In this document: positions 11,388 through 20,934 of the stretch, piece after piece
Position numbering within the stretch: the first letter of the stretch is position 1
Layout: each line of letters starts with the position of its first letter
Assembly: GCA_947631975.1 (NCBI GenBank)
Contig: CANRNM010000001.1
Span: 1-60,437, forward strand
Length of the DNA: 60,437 bases
From: an uncultured Clostridia bacterium
GTDB taxonomy: Bacteria; Bacillota; Clostridia; Lachnospirales; CAG-274
Direction: 5' to 3'
The notes under the pieces: model-generated
The model's database searches: none
What the model was told of the DNA's origin: nothing
What the model saw: only the letters and a program-made list of their open reading frames with translations
Position numbers and translations under genes: made by a program

Positions 11388-12077
11388 ATGCAGATGAATA
11401 TTTCCGAGAAGGATAAAAAGCTTTTGGTATATCTTGCCATGTTCTGTCTTATAATCATTCCCTTCTGGTTCGTTATGCGTCCCGCCATGGCTAAGGGCAA
11501 CGAAATAAAGGGCGAACTGGAAACGGCTCTTGCGCAGAGGGTGCAGATGGAGACCGAGATCGTAAAGTATCAGGCAAATCTCGCCACGCTTGACGAGAAC
11601 AGAAAGCTTTACGAACAGGAAATGAGCGAGATAAATCCCGTCATGCCCAATAACCGTATTGACAGTATGATCACCGATATGGTTACAAACTGCGGATTGG
11701 AGATAATAAGGCTTTCAATATCCAACAATGCAAATATGCAGAACGAAACTCCCTATGAATACAGCAAAATGGCTATCGAAGCCGAGGCTGACGAAAACAG
11801 CGGTGATGATGAAGCAGAGCCCGTGCTCTATATCACAGGCGTAAATATCACCGTAAGGGGAGCGGAGGACAATATATATAGGCTTATGGATGCCATTTCA
11901 TCCAGAATACCCGCCATAAGAGCAACATCATATTCAACCAGCGTAGACGCAGAATCGGGAGCTGTTACTCTCAATGCGAGCATAAATGTGTATATGGCAG
12001 AAAGCAGCCTTGCCGTTGAAGCGTCGGAGGAGACAACCGAGGAAGCCACATCCTCGGACGAAACAGAAAACAGTTAA
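11388..12077 (+). CDS. pilO: PilO-like bitopic pilus assembly protein with an acidic C-terminal tail
   Basis: 229 aa. An N-terminal TM helix (LLVYLAMFCLIIIPFWFVM) is followed by a coiled coil. The assignment is by position and topology only. Confidence 0.4.
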   Translation: MQMNISEKDKKLLVYLAMFCLIIIPFWFVMRPAMAKGNEIKGELETALAQRVQMETEIVKYQANLATLDENRKLYEQEMSEINPVMPNNRIDSMITDMVTNCGLEIIRLSISNNANMQNETPYEYSKMAIEAEADENSGDDEAEPVLYITGVNITVRGAEDNIYRLMDAISSRIPAIRATSYSTSVDAESGAVTLNASINVYMAESSLAVEASEETTEEATSSDETENS

Positions 12078-12093
12078 TTGCGGAGGTCATTCC

Positions 12094-13776
12094 ATGAGTG
12101 ATAACAGAAATATCAGAATTGGCGATGTGTTAATTGAATATGGCTATATTACGGAAGAACAGCTTATGGCAGCCCTTGCAATACAGAAGGAAGACCGTTC
12201 GCGCAAAATAGGCGAGATACTTCTTGACGAGGGCTTTGTAACGGAAAAACAGGTTGCTAAGGCGCTTGCAAAGCGTCTTAATCTGGAGCTTGTGGAGGAT
12301 GTGGAGGAAGTCAAGGTTGACGCTTCCGTCGCTGCTCTTGTGCCCCAGAACCTTGCCGAAAAATATAAGATAATACCCATAAACGAAAAGGACGGCATTA
12401 TTTCCTGCGTTACAAGCTCGCCTCTTGACTTCTATGCCCAGGAGGACGTAAGACAGCTCACGGGCCATGATATAAGAATAATAGTAGCCGTCGAAAGCGA
12501 TGTAGATTATCTTATAAACAAGTGCTATTCGGAGGTTTCCGTTATAAAGGCGGTCAAGTCGGCAAATATCGAGGTAAGCGCAAACGCTCCTCTTGAGGAA
12601 ATAGATGCCATAGTAGGCGACGACGATACGCCCGTTATTTCGTTCATAAATTCGCTTCTTACAAGAGCCTTTGATATAGGCGTGAGCGATATACATATAG
12701 AGCCTTATGAAGCACAGACGCTTGTGCGTATGAGAATAGACGGCACCATTACCGACTATGTAACGCTTCAGAAATCGCTTCATCAGACGCTCATAGCCAG
12801 GATCAAGATAATGTCAAGCCTTGATATAGCAGAGAGGCGTGTGCCGCAGGACGGACACTTCAAGACCAAAATAAAGGGCAATACGGTCAATGTCAGAGTT
12901 TCTCTCATTCCCACCGTATTCGGCGAAAAGGCCGTTATGAGAATACTTGCCAACAATACGCCCATAACAAACGTAACCTCCTACGGTATGGATCAGGAGA
13001 ACTACCTTAAGTTCAGGGATATACTCAAATCGCCCAACGGCATAATATATATTTCGGGTCCCACGGGTTCGGGTAAAACCACCACGCTTTATATGGTGCT
13101 CGAGGAATTTTCAAAACGCCAGATAAGCATATCCACCATTGAAGACCCCGTTGAGAAGAACCTTCCTCACATGAGCCAGATGCAGGTAAATACGCTTGCG
13201 GGTCTGACCTTTGAGAACGGTCTTAGAGCGCTTTTAAGACAGGACCCCGATGTCATAATGGTTGGTGAGACAAGAGATAACGAAACGGCTTCTATCTCCG
13301 TAAGAGCAGCCATAACGGGACATCTGGTATTCTCCACACTGCATACAAACAGCGCCGTATCCGCCATTGTAAGACTTGCGGACATGGGAGTTGAACCCTA
13401 TCTTATAGCAAACTCTCTTGTGGGCGTTGTGGCACAGCGTCTTATGCGTAAGATATGCCCCGAGTGCGGCAAGCTTGTTGACGCCACCGACGAGGACAGA
13501 AAGATACTCGGCGAGGACATTGACAAGGTAATGTCGCCCGTAGGCTGTGCAAAGTGCAACAACACAGGCTATTCGGGCAGAATTGCCGTTCATGAGATAG
13601 TCGCCATTGACAGAGAGATAAGAAACATGATAGTAAAGGGCGCGGAAATTGACGATATAGAGGACTACGCTATAAAGTATCAGGGTATGAAAACTCTGCA
13701 ATTCAGCGCAAGAGAGCTTGTAAAGCAAAACAAGACCACAATAGAAGAATATCTTAAGATAGCATATAATGTATAA
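12094..13776 (+). CDS. pilB: Type IV pilus assembly ATPase (GspE/PilB family)
   Basis: The ATG at 12094 has GGAGG 8 nt upstream. N-terminal GspE-N/MshEN-like domain (IGDVLIEYGYITEEQL), Walker A GPTGSGKTT, GETRD, STLHTN and a tetracysteine CPECG...CAKCNNTGY. The tracked start at 11986 overlaps pilO and was rejected. Confidence 0.9.
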   Translation: MSDNRNIRIGDVLIEYGYITEEQLMAALAIQKEDRSRKIGEILLDEGFVTEKQVAKALAKRLNLELVEDVEEVKVDASVAALVPQNLAEKYKIIPINEKDGIISCVTSSPLDFYAQEDVRQLTGHDIRIIVAVESDVDYLINKCYSEVSVIKAVKSANIEVSANAPLEEIDAIVGDDDTPVISFINSLLTRAFDIGVSDIHIEPYEAQTLVRMRIDGTITDYVTLQKSLHQTLIARIKIMSSLDIAERRVPQDGHFKTKIKGNTVNVRVSLIPTVFGEKAVMRILANNTPITNVTSYGMDQENYLKFRDILKSPNGIIYISGPTGSGKTTTLYMVLEEFSKRQISISTIEDPVEKNLPHMSQMQVNTLAGLTFENGLRALLRQDPDVIMVGETRDNETASISVRAAITGHLVFSTLHTNSAVSAIVRLADMGVEPYLIANSLVGVVAQRLMRKICPECGKLVDATDEDRKILGEDIDKVMSPVGCAKCNNTGYSGRIAVHEIVAIDREIRNMIVKGAEIDDIEDYAIKYQGMKTLQFSARELVKQNKTTIEEYLKIAYNV

Positions 13777-13794
13777 TTAAGGAGAGGTGTTTTT

Positions 13795-14850
13795 ATGGCA
13801 TTGACAATGGATCAGATAATTCTTAGAGCCAGAGCTATGGGTTGTTCCGATATACATATTTCGGAGGGCTTGCCCTTGAGATTCAGAATACACGGCGCTC
13901 TTATAGATACGGACATAAGTCTTACCGATGACGAGTCGCAGGAGTGTATAAAGGACATAATGAGCAAGGAGCAGATAGAGGAATTTGAAAAGGGCATAGA
14001 TGTGGACTTTGCCTATGAAAGCTCCGACGGAAACAGACAAAGAGTTAATGTTTTCCGCTATATGAAGGGCGCGGCGGCTACAATAAGACTTCTCAACAAT
14101 TCCATACCCGACCTTGAGTCCCTCGGCCTTCCCAAGATACTTGAAAGTCTTGCGGACGAGCCGAGAGGTCTTATACTTGTTACGGGTCCCACGGGCTCGG
14201 GTAAGTCTACCACCCTTGCAGCCATGATAGACTACATAAACAGGAAGGATTCAACGCATATACTTACCATTGAAGACCCCATAGAGTATGTTTATGAAAG
14301 AAAGGTTGCCACCATACACCAGCGCGAGGTGGGCAGGGATGTTCAGAGCTTTGCCGCGGCGTTGAGATCTGCCTTGAGAGAAGACCCCGACATCATACTC
14401 GTAGGTGAGATGAGAGACTATGAGACCATTTCAGCCGCCCTTACAGCAGCCGAAACAGGCCACTTGGTTTTATCCACGCTCCATACCACGGGCGCCGCTC
14501 AGACAATAGACAGAATTATAGACGCCTGTCCCGCAGAGGCGCAGAATCAGGTCAGAATACAGCTTTCGGGCATATTAAAGGGCGTTATAACGCAGTGTCT
14601 TATGCCCAATGCCGAGGGCAACGGAAGAGTTGTAGCTACCGAGATACTTACGGGTACAGACGCCGTTTTGAATATGATAAGAGAGAATAAGTGCCACCAG
14701 CTAAATACCACAATGCAGGCGGGCGCATCCTTCGGTATGCATACCCTCAACGGCGACCTTGTTAGACTTCTCAACTGCGGAAAGATAACACATTCCACCG
14801 CATTGCAGTACACTAACGATAAGAGAGAATTTGAAAACTATCTTACTTAA
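13795..14850 (+). CDS. pilT: Twitching-motility / pilus retraction ATPase
   Basis: 351 aa. Walker A GPTGSGKST, ILVGEMRD and GHLVLSTLHT, with no GspE N-terminal domain. This is typical PilT size and motif content. Confidence 0.9.
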   Translation: MALTMDQIILRARAMGCSDIHISEGLPLRFRIHGALIDTDISLTDDESQECIKDIMSKEQIEEFEKGIDVDFAYESSDGNRQRVNVFRYMKGAAATIRLLNNSIPDLESLGLPKILESLADEPRGLILVTGPTGSGKSTTLAAMIDYINRKDSTHILTIEDPIEYVYERKVATIHQREVGRDVQSFAAALRSALREDPDIILVGEMRDYETISAALTAAETGHLVLSTLHTTGAAQTIDRIIDACPAEAQNQVRIQLSGILKGVITQCLMPNAEGNGRVVATEILTGTDAVLNMIRENKCHQLNTTMQAGASFGMHTLNGDLVRLLNCGKITHSTALQYTNDKREFENYLT

Positions 14851-14856
14851 TAAAAA

Positions 14857-14887
14857 TCCCTTTGACTTTTGTCAAAGGGAAATTTTT
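14857..14887. terminator. Bidirectional intrinsic terminator between convergent pilT and the cotJC-like gene
   Basis: A perfect 10-bp stem TCCCTTTGAC / GTCAAAGGGA with a TTTT loop. It is flanked by an A-run upstream and AATTTTTT downstream. Confidence 0.7.
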
Positions 14888-15474
14888 TATCTGCTCTTAG
14901 GTCTGCACTTCTCACATTTCGGCATCACAAACTGCCTCTTTGCGTCCATATAGTCCTGAACCTTTCTGAGAGCCTCACCGAATCTCTGGAAGTGAACTAT
15001 CTCTCTTTCTCTTAAAAATCTGAGAGGAGCGAGCACATCGGGGTCGTCCGTCATTTCTATGAGATATTCGTATGTCGAGCGAGCCTTCTGTTCTGCTGCC
15101 ATATCCTCGTAAAGATTAGTTATAGGGTCGCCCTTAGACTGTATATATGCCGCCGTAAAGGGCACGCCCGAAGCGCTTGCGGGATATATACCCGTGCCGT
15201 GGTCTACATAGTACTTGTCAAAGCCCGCCTTCTTTATCTCCGCTATGTCGGCGTCCTCGCTCAGCTGAGCGCACATTGCGCCTATCATTTCAAGATGAGC
15301 AAGTTCCTCCGTTGCAATGTCGTTGAGCGTTGCGGTTGCTTCGGGAGTTACCATGTCAAATTTCTGACTGAAATATCTAAGCGAAGCCGCAAGCTCGCCA
15401 TCGGGTCCGCCCGATTGCCTTTTGCTATACTCTGTAATAAAATATAAAACATTGCCTTTCTTTGCTGTAAACAA
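14887..15474 (-). CDS. cotJC: Manganese catalase / spore-coat CotJC family protein, apparently 5'-truncated with a chimeric N-terminus
   Basis: GGPDGELAASLRYFSQ, EELAHLEMIG, GDPITNLYEDMAAEQKARSTY and LRFLREREIVH are ferritin-like Mn-catalase/CotJC motifs. The first ~17 codons (MFTAKKGNVLYFITEYS) overlap the 3' end of the recombinase gene in another frame. Confidence 0.7.
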   Translation of the reverse strand: MFTAKKGNVLYFITEYSKRQSGGPDGELAASLRYFSQKFDMVTPEATATLNDIATEELAHLEMIGAMCAQLSEDADIAEIKKAGFDKYYVDHGTGIYPASASGVPFTAAYIQSKGDPITNLYEDMAAEQKARSTYEYLIEMTDDPDVLAPLRFLREREIVHFQRFGEALRKVQDYMDAKRQFVMPKCEKCRPKSR

Positions 15475-16846
15475 TTTTATAAATAACCCCGCAAAGCGTA
15501 TCCGCTATATATTCATTGTCAAAAATACCGCTTTCGATTATGTCATAAAATGAGTTAACATATATTTTGCCGTTGTTTTTTCGACCATTTATGTCCTCTA
15601 TACGCCTTTTGATATTTTCAAGCTTATTTTCTTCTTCGTTCCTTTTATTCCTGTAGTATTCGGCGTCATATATGCCGCAGAGGTAGGCTTCGTCTGTTCT
15701 TTCCAGCCTTGACTTCTGCTTTTTGAGAGCAGTCATTTCAGCCTTATACTCCGTATTAAAACCGTCATTTCTGCATATAAAGCTCTTGTCCATGAAATTT
15801 ATAAGCCTGTCAAGCTCGTTTATTACAGCGTTTTCGGAAGCGTTCAGCTTTATAAAATGAGACACATTGCATTTTCCGTGAGAATATCCCGCGCACTGCA
15901 GACTTTTGGAATAAGCGCAAACGCACAGGGACGCTCCGCAGCTGCCGCAGCATATAATACCGCTCAGCCAATGCGAAGTCTTAACATATCTGCGCTTTTT
16001 GTGCTCCCGTATATCGCTTTTCGCCTTGTTTTTAGCTTTTTCAAATTCACTTTCGCTTATAATAGCCTCATGTTCTCCCTTTCTTATTATGGTATTTTCA
16101 TCCGGCTTTAGCCTGTAATTCTGCCTTTTATACGGATTCCACCTTGTAAAGCCCGCATATACGGGATTTTTCAATATATAGTCTATAGTCCTTATCTCGA
16201 ATTTGTTTCCCCTGTGAGTAAGTACGCCCATATCGTTAAGATTTTCGGCTATACGCCTCCTTGACATGCCCGAAAGGAAGCTGTCAAATATATATTTAAC
16301 ATATATTTCCTCGTCGTTGTCTTTTACAAGCTCATTGTCAAGCCACTTATATCCGAAGGGAGCGGAGGTCATATAACCGCCTCTTTCAGCCTTTTCGCGC
16401 ATACCCTTTTTTACCTCGTCGGAGAGGTTCAAGGAATAGTATTCAGCCATAGCTTCCAGCATAGCCTCAAGTATTATGCTGAATTTATCCTCCGCTATGG
16501 GCTCCGTTACGGAAACTACATATACTCCGCATTCTCTGCGCAAAAGCGATTTATATACTATGCTTTCCTCTCTGCTTCTGCTGAATCTGTCAAGCTTATG
16601 CACCAGTATCACATCGAAAGGCTTTTCTCCGCTCTTGTGTCTTCTTGCATCCGATATCATCTTCATGAAGGCAGGGCGTTTTTCCGCCCTTCTTCCGCTT
16701 ATACCTTCGTCGCGGTATATATGGTTTTCGCTTAGAAGCATATCGTTGCTTTTGGCATAGCTTTCTATCGCCTTAAGCTGTGCGGCGGGTGAAAACTCCC
16801 TCTGCTCGTCCGTGCTTACTCTTATGTATGCTGCGGCTCTTTTTAT
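15425..16846 (-). CDS. Large serine recombinase (resolvase domain + recombinase domain + zinc ribbon + coiled coil); no canonical start codon
   Basis: The tracked ORF starts at an internal Met (16741). In frame upstream lies (ATA)KRAAAYIRVSTDEQREFSPAAQL, the catalytic-Ser motif. GGGAGG sits 8 nt before the ATA at 16846, and a TAA stop lies 7 codons further up. The C-terminal part has CGSCG...C..C zinc-ribbon cysteines and a coiled coil. Confidence 0.8.
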   Translation of the reverse strand: MKRAAAYIRVSTDEQREFSPAAQLKAIESYAKSNDMLLSENHIYRDEGISGRRAEKRPAFMKMISDARRHKSGEKPFDVILVHKLDRFSRSREESIVYKSLLRRECGVYVVSVTEPIAEDKFSIILEAMLEAMAEYYSLNLSDEVKKGMREKAERGGYMTSAPFGYKWLDNELVKDNDEEIYVKYIFDSFLSGMSRRRIAENLNDMGVLTHRGNKFEIRTIDYILKNPVYAGFTRWNPYKRQNYRLKPDENTIIRKGEHEAIISESEFEKAKNKAKSDIREHKKRRYVKTSHWLSGIICCGSCGASLCVCAYSKSLQCAGYSHGKCNVSHFIKLNASENAVINELDRLINFMDKSFICRNDGFNTEYKAEMTALKKQKSRLERTDEAYLCGIYDAEYYRNKRNEEENKLENIKRRIEDINGRKNNGKIYVNSFYDIIESGIFDNEYIADTLCGVIYKIVYSKERQCFIFYYRV

Positions 16847-16962
16847 TGTTATCGCCTCCCTTGCACTGCTTTATATTTTATGCTCCGTATTTGTCATAAA
16901 GCATTGAAAAAGAAACGGAATTATGTTATTATTTATATATTGAACATCAGCGAGGTGAAACT

Positions 16963-17385
16963 ATGATAAAAGAGGTATACTCTGCCGAACAGACAAGACT
17001 TCTCGGCAAGGAGATAGGCGAAAAAGCCTGCAGAGGAGATATATACTGCCTTAAAGGCGAGCTTGGAGCGGGAAAGACCGTGTTCACAAAGGGCTTTGCG
17101 GAGGGACTCGGCATAAAGGAGCATATCACCAGCCCGACATTCACAATAGTAAACGAATATTCGGACGGCAGGCTCCCATTCTATCATTTCGATGTATACC
17201 GCATAGGTTCTCCCGATGAAATGTACGACATAGGCTGCGACGAGTACTTTTTCGGCGACGGCGTATGCCTTATAGAGTGGGCGGAGCTCATAGAGGAAAT
17301 ACTGCCCGAAAATTCGGTATGGATAGCAATAGAAAGAGATTATTCAAAGGACGACATAAACTACAGACGAATTGAGGTAAAATAA
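16963..17385 (+). CDS. tsaE: tRNA t6A37 biosynthesis ATPase TsaE
   Basis: 140 aa with P-loop GELGAGKTVFTKG, SPTFT and HFDVYR motifs. It is followed by tsaB and rimI. Confidence 0.85.
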   Translation: MIKEVYSAEQTRLLGKEIGEKACRGDIYCLKGELGAGKTVFTKGFAEGLGIKEHITSPTFTIVNEYSDGRLPFYHFDVYRIGSPDEMYDIGCDEYFFGDGVCLIEWAELIEEILPENSVWIAIERDYSKDDINYRRIEVK

Positions 17386-18087
17386 ATGAAAATTCTGGCG
17401 CTGGACACCACGGGACTTGTGGCAAGTGCGGCTATAGTTGACGAAAACAAAACTATTGCTGAGTTTACCACCAATTACAAAAAAACACATTCGCAGACAA
17501 TTATGCCCATGATAGAAACCATAAGGAATATGGCGGAGCTTGATATGCGCGATATAGATTATATAGCGTGCGCAAGCGGTCCCGGAAGCTTCACGGGTTT
17601 AAGGATAGGCGCAGCCACAGCCAAGGGCTTGGCGCACGGTCTTGACAAAAAAATAATACCCGTTCCCACGCTTGACGCTCTGGCTTATAATATTCCCTAT
17701 TGCTCATCTCTTGTAGTCCCCATAATGGATGCAAGGCGCAATCAGGTGTATTCGGCTATCTACAGAAACAACGGCAGGCTTGAAAACTTGAGCGGACACA
17801 TGGCGTGCGATATAAACGAACTCATAGAAAAGGTGCTTGAAATAGACAAAAACGCCGTATTTTTAGGCGACGGAGTACCCGTTTTCAAGGATATCATTTC
17901 AAAGCAGGCAGGCTTTACATTTGCTCCCGTCAGCGCAAATATGCAGAGAGCCTCATGCGTTGGAGCGCTTGCTCTTGAAAGAACGGCGGAGGCTGTGGAG
18001 CCTAACGACTTTGAAATAATATATCTCAGAAAATCACAGGCAGAAAGAGAATTGGAAGAAAAAAATGCACATAGAACCGATGAATGA
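17386..18087 (+). CDS. tsaB: tRNA t6A37 biosynthesis protein TsaB
   Basis: MKILALDTT N-terminus and GPGSFTGLRIG motif, in the conserved tsaE-tsaB-rimI order. Confidence 0.85.
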   Translation: MKILALDTTGLVASAAIVDENKTIAEFTTNYKKTHSQTIMPMIETIRNMAELDMRDIDYIACASGPGSFTGLRIGAATAKGLAHGLDKKIIPVPTLDALAYNIPYCSSLVVPIMDARRNQVYSAIYRNNGRLENLSGHMACDINELIEKVLEIDKNAVFLGDGVPVFKDIISKQAGFTFAPVSANMQRASCVGALALERTAEAVEPNDFEIIYLRKSQAERELEEKNAHRTDE

Positions 18088-18523
18088 AAGCCATATTGAC
18101 GGCATAATGGAAATAGAGAACGAAAGCTTTGCCATTGCGTGGAGCAGGGGAGCTATGAAAAAAGAGATTGAAAACAAGCTGGCATATTATGTTACGGCTC
18201 TCGATAAAGATAAGGTCATAGGCTACGGCGGTATGTGGCATATTGTGAACGAGGGACATATAACAAACATAGCCGTCCGCAGGGAGTACAGGCAAAAGGG
18301 CGTGGGTAGCGCCATTGTTTCGGGTCTTATAAATATAGCCCATGAAAAGGAAATGATAGGGCTCACATTGGAAGTGAGAAAAAGCAACGCCGCCGCGCTT
18401 GCGCTTTATAAAAAATTCGGCTTTAAGCTTGAGGGCGTAAGACCCGAATACTACGAGGACAACAAAGAGGACGCCTATATAATGTGGAAATATTTTATCC
18501 CCGAGGAAATGATAACAGGCTGA
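18065..18523 (+). CDS. rimI: Ribosomal-protein-alanine N-acetyltransferase (GNAT)
   Basis: 152 aa GNAT with the acetyl-CoA motif RRE(Y)RQKGVGSAI. It overlaps the tsaB 3' end by 23 nt, as is common for this operon. Confidence 0.8.
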   Translation: MHIEPMNESHIDGIMEIENESFAIAWSRGAMKKEIENKLAYYVTALDKDKVIGYGGMWHIVNEGHITNIAVRREYRQKGVGSAIVSGLINIAHEKEMIGLTLEVRKSNAAALALYKKFGFKLEGVRPEYYEDNKEDAYIMWKYFIPEEMITG

Positions 18524-18539
18524 GAACGGAGGTGGATAT

Positions 18540-20933
18540 ATGATAAAAGAGTTGAAATACAGCGAACTTAAGAGATTTTGCAGAAATAAGGACATAGCTA
18601 TAGATGAAGGCAAATATAACGGTCATATAATAGGTCAGCCCAGCGGAGCCGAAGCTCTGGAGTTTGGCTTGAGTGTGAAAAGCAAGGGCTATAATATCTA
18701 TCTTGCAGGACTTCCCGCAAGCGGAAAAACCACCTATGCGGAGAAATTTGCAAAGGATATTGCCTCAAAGGAAAAAACTCCCGACGATATGTGCTATGTT
18801 CTGGACTTTGCAAAAACAGGCGCGCCCAAGCTTTTAAGGCTCAAAGCGGGCATGGGCAAAGAATTCAGAAACGATATGGAGGAGCTTGTCAATCAGCTCA
18901 GCATAGAGCTTGCCAGAGCTTTTTCATCCGTGGAATATAACGACGATAAAGACAGGATAATGAAAAACGCCCAGAAGAAAAAGGACGAGGTCGTAAAGGA
19001 GCTTGCCGACGAGGCTAAGAAATATAATTTCGGCGTAAAGACGAGCAGCAACGGCGGCGTTTACTTCCTGCCCATACTCGACGGCAAGACGATAACGGAG
19101 GAAGAATATGACGAACTGTCGGATGAGGACAAGGACAAAATAAACGAAGGCTCTGACGAGGTGCACGAGCTGGCTTCCGATTCCATGAAAAAAATGCGCG
19201 ATATAGACAGATTTGCCAAGACCGAAATGGACAATATGGACTATAACATTTCGCTTTTTATAGTGGGTCATTTTATAGCTCCGCTCCAGGAAAAATATAT
19301 AGACAACAAGGAAGTAAGCGAATATCTTATAAGCGTCAAGGAAGATATACTCAACAACATAGAGCTTTTTACGGACAGCGAGGAGGACACGGGAGACGAT
19401 CCTCTTTCCGCCATGATGCCCTGGGGCTTCAAGCGGAGCAATGCCGATATGCTCAATAAATACGGCGTAAATGTCTTTGTGGACAACAGCTCTCTTAAGG
19501 GCGCGCCCGTCATAGTGGACTATAACCCGACCTATACCAACCTTTTGGGCGAGGTGGAATATGAGAATGAAAACGGCTCGCTCATTACGGATTTTATGAA
19601 AATAAAGGCAGGACTTATGCACAGGGCTAACGGGGGCTATCTCATTTTAAGAGCTTCGGACCTCCTCTCAAACGCCTTTGCGTGGGACACGCTCAAGAGG
19701 ACGCTTATAACGGGCAAAGTTACAATAGAGCCTCTTAAGGAACTGCAGTTCGGCGGTATAACCGTTGCGGGCTTGCAGCCGCAGAGCGCCGAGGTGGATG
19801 TGAAGGTAATAATTGTGGGCACAATGTATTACTATGAGCTTCTGAGCAGATATGACGACGATTTTTCAAAGCTTTTCAAGATATGCGCTCTTTTTGACTA
19901 TGAGATGGATTTTTCCGAGGAAAACATAAACGCCATGCTTGGCTTTGTAAAGAATTACTGCAATGAAAATTCACTTCTTCCCATAGATAACGGCGCCATG
20001 TGCGAGCTTCTGGAATATTCCGTAAGACTGGCGGAAAGACAGGATAAACTGACTACGCGTTTTGGACTCATATGCAATATTATTTCCGAAGCCGACGCCT
20101 GGGCAAGGCTTGACAATGCAGAATGTATAAGCAAAGAATATATAACGAAGGCATCAAACAAAAGCCTTGAAAGAATAAATATATATGCCAAAAAATACGG
20201 AAGAATGATAGCCGACAACGAAATAATGATAGACACTCGGGGCGAGGCTGTAGGTCAGATAAACGGTCTTTGTGTTATGGAAATGGGCGATTACACCTTC
20301 GGTATGCCCACCAGGATAACCGCAAGCACATACACGGGCAAGGCAGGCATAGTAAACATTGAAAAAGAAGCCGAAATGAGCGGTTCCGTGCATGACAAGG
20401 GCATGCAGGTGCTTATAGGCTACTTAGGCGGCAAATATGCCCAGAGATATCCTCTTACATTGAGCTGTCGGGTATGCTTTGAGCAGAGCTATAACAGCGT
20501 GGACGGCGACAGCGCTTCGTCAACAGAGACCTACGCCATAATTTCAAGCCTCAGCGGCTGTCCCATAAATCAACAGCTTGCAGTAACGGGCAGTATGGAT
20601 CAGAGGGGCCGTATCCAGCCCATAGGCGGAGTTACTTACAAGATAGAGGGTTTCTTTGATGTGTGCAATGAAAGGGGTCTTACGGGAGAGCAGGGCTGTA
20701 TAATACCCGCGTCAAACATAAAAGACCTTGTGCTTAAAGATGATGTTATAGATGCCGTCAAGGCGGGCAAATTCCATATTTACGCCATTGACGACATAGA
20801 CGACGGCATAGAGCTTCTTATGGGCAGAAAGGCGGGCAGGGCTCTTTCGGGCGGTGGCTACAGCAAGGACAGCGTGCACTATCTTGCCGAAAATAAGCTC
20901 AAGACCTATTATAAGCGTTCCAAGGAGGAATAG
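18540..20933 (+). CDS. Lon-like ATP-dependent protease (AAA+ module with inserted helical domain, C-terminal S16 protease)
   Basis: Walker A GLPASGKTT near the N-terminus. The C-terminal Lon proteolytic domain carries VDGDSASSTE (catalytic Ser) and a downstream VTGSMDQRGRIQPIGG. Confidence 0.75.
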   Translation: MIKELKYSELKRFCRNKDIAIDEGKYNGHIIGQPSGAEALEFGLSVKSKGYNIYLAGLPASGKTTYAEKFAKDIASKEKTPDDMCYVLDFAKTGAPKLLRLKAGMGKEFRNDMEELVNQLSIELARAFSSVEYNDDKDRIMKNAQKKKDEVVKELADEAKKYNFGVKTSSNGGVYFLPILDGKTITEEEYDELSDEDKDKINEGSDEVHELASDSMKKMRDIDRFAKTEMDNMDYNISLFIVGHFIAPLQEKYIDNKEVSEYLISVKEDILNNIELFTDSEEDTGDDPLSAMMPWGFKRSNADMLNKYGVNVFVDNSSLKGAPVIVDYNPTYTNLLGEVEYENENGSLITDFMKIKAGLMHRANGGYLILRASDLLSNAFAWDTLKRTLITGKVTIEPLKELQFGGITVAGLQPQSAEVDVKVIIVGTMYYYELLSRYDDDFSKLFKICALFDYEMDFSEENINAMLGFVKNYCNENSLLPIDNGAMCELLEYSVRLAERQDKLTTRFGLICNIISEADAWARLDNAECISKEYITKASNKSLERINIYAKKYGRMIADNEIMIDTRGEAVGQINGLCVMEMGDYTFGMPTRITASTYTGKAGIVNIEKEAEMSGSVHDKGMQVLIGYLGGKYAQRYPLTLSCRVCFEQSYNSVDGDSASSTETYAIISSLSGCPINQQLAVTGSMDQRGRIQPIGGVTYKIEGFFDVCNERGLTGEQGCIIPASNIKDLVLKDDVIDAVKAGKFHIYAIDDIDDGIELLMGRKAGRALSGGGYSKDSVHYLAENKLKTYYKRSKEE

Positions 20934-20934
20934 T

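Noticed and set aside
11986-12093. The N-terminal extension of the PilB ORF (MCIWQKAALPLKRRRRQ...).
   Set aside because: It overlaps the pilO 3' end in another frame, is Arg-rich, and has no RBS. The ATG at 12094 has GGAGG upstream and begins the conserved GspE N-domain.
15425-15474. The overlap between the catalase-like ORF start and the recombinase stop, considered as a programmed translational coupling.
   Set aside because: It is more simply explained as an insertion junction. The overlapping codons of the catalase ORF have no similarity to the family N-terminus.
20854-20934. The upstream extension of the radical SAM ORF, and ORF 20933-21127.
   Set aside because: The extension lies inside the Lon-like gene. 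The GTG at 20935 has a strong AGGAGG RBS directly after the lon stop. The 64-aa ORF is an alternative frame of the radical SAM gene.
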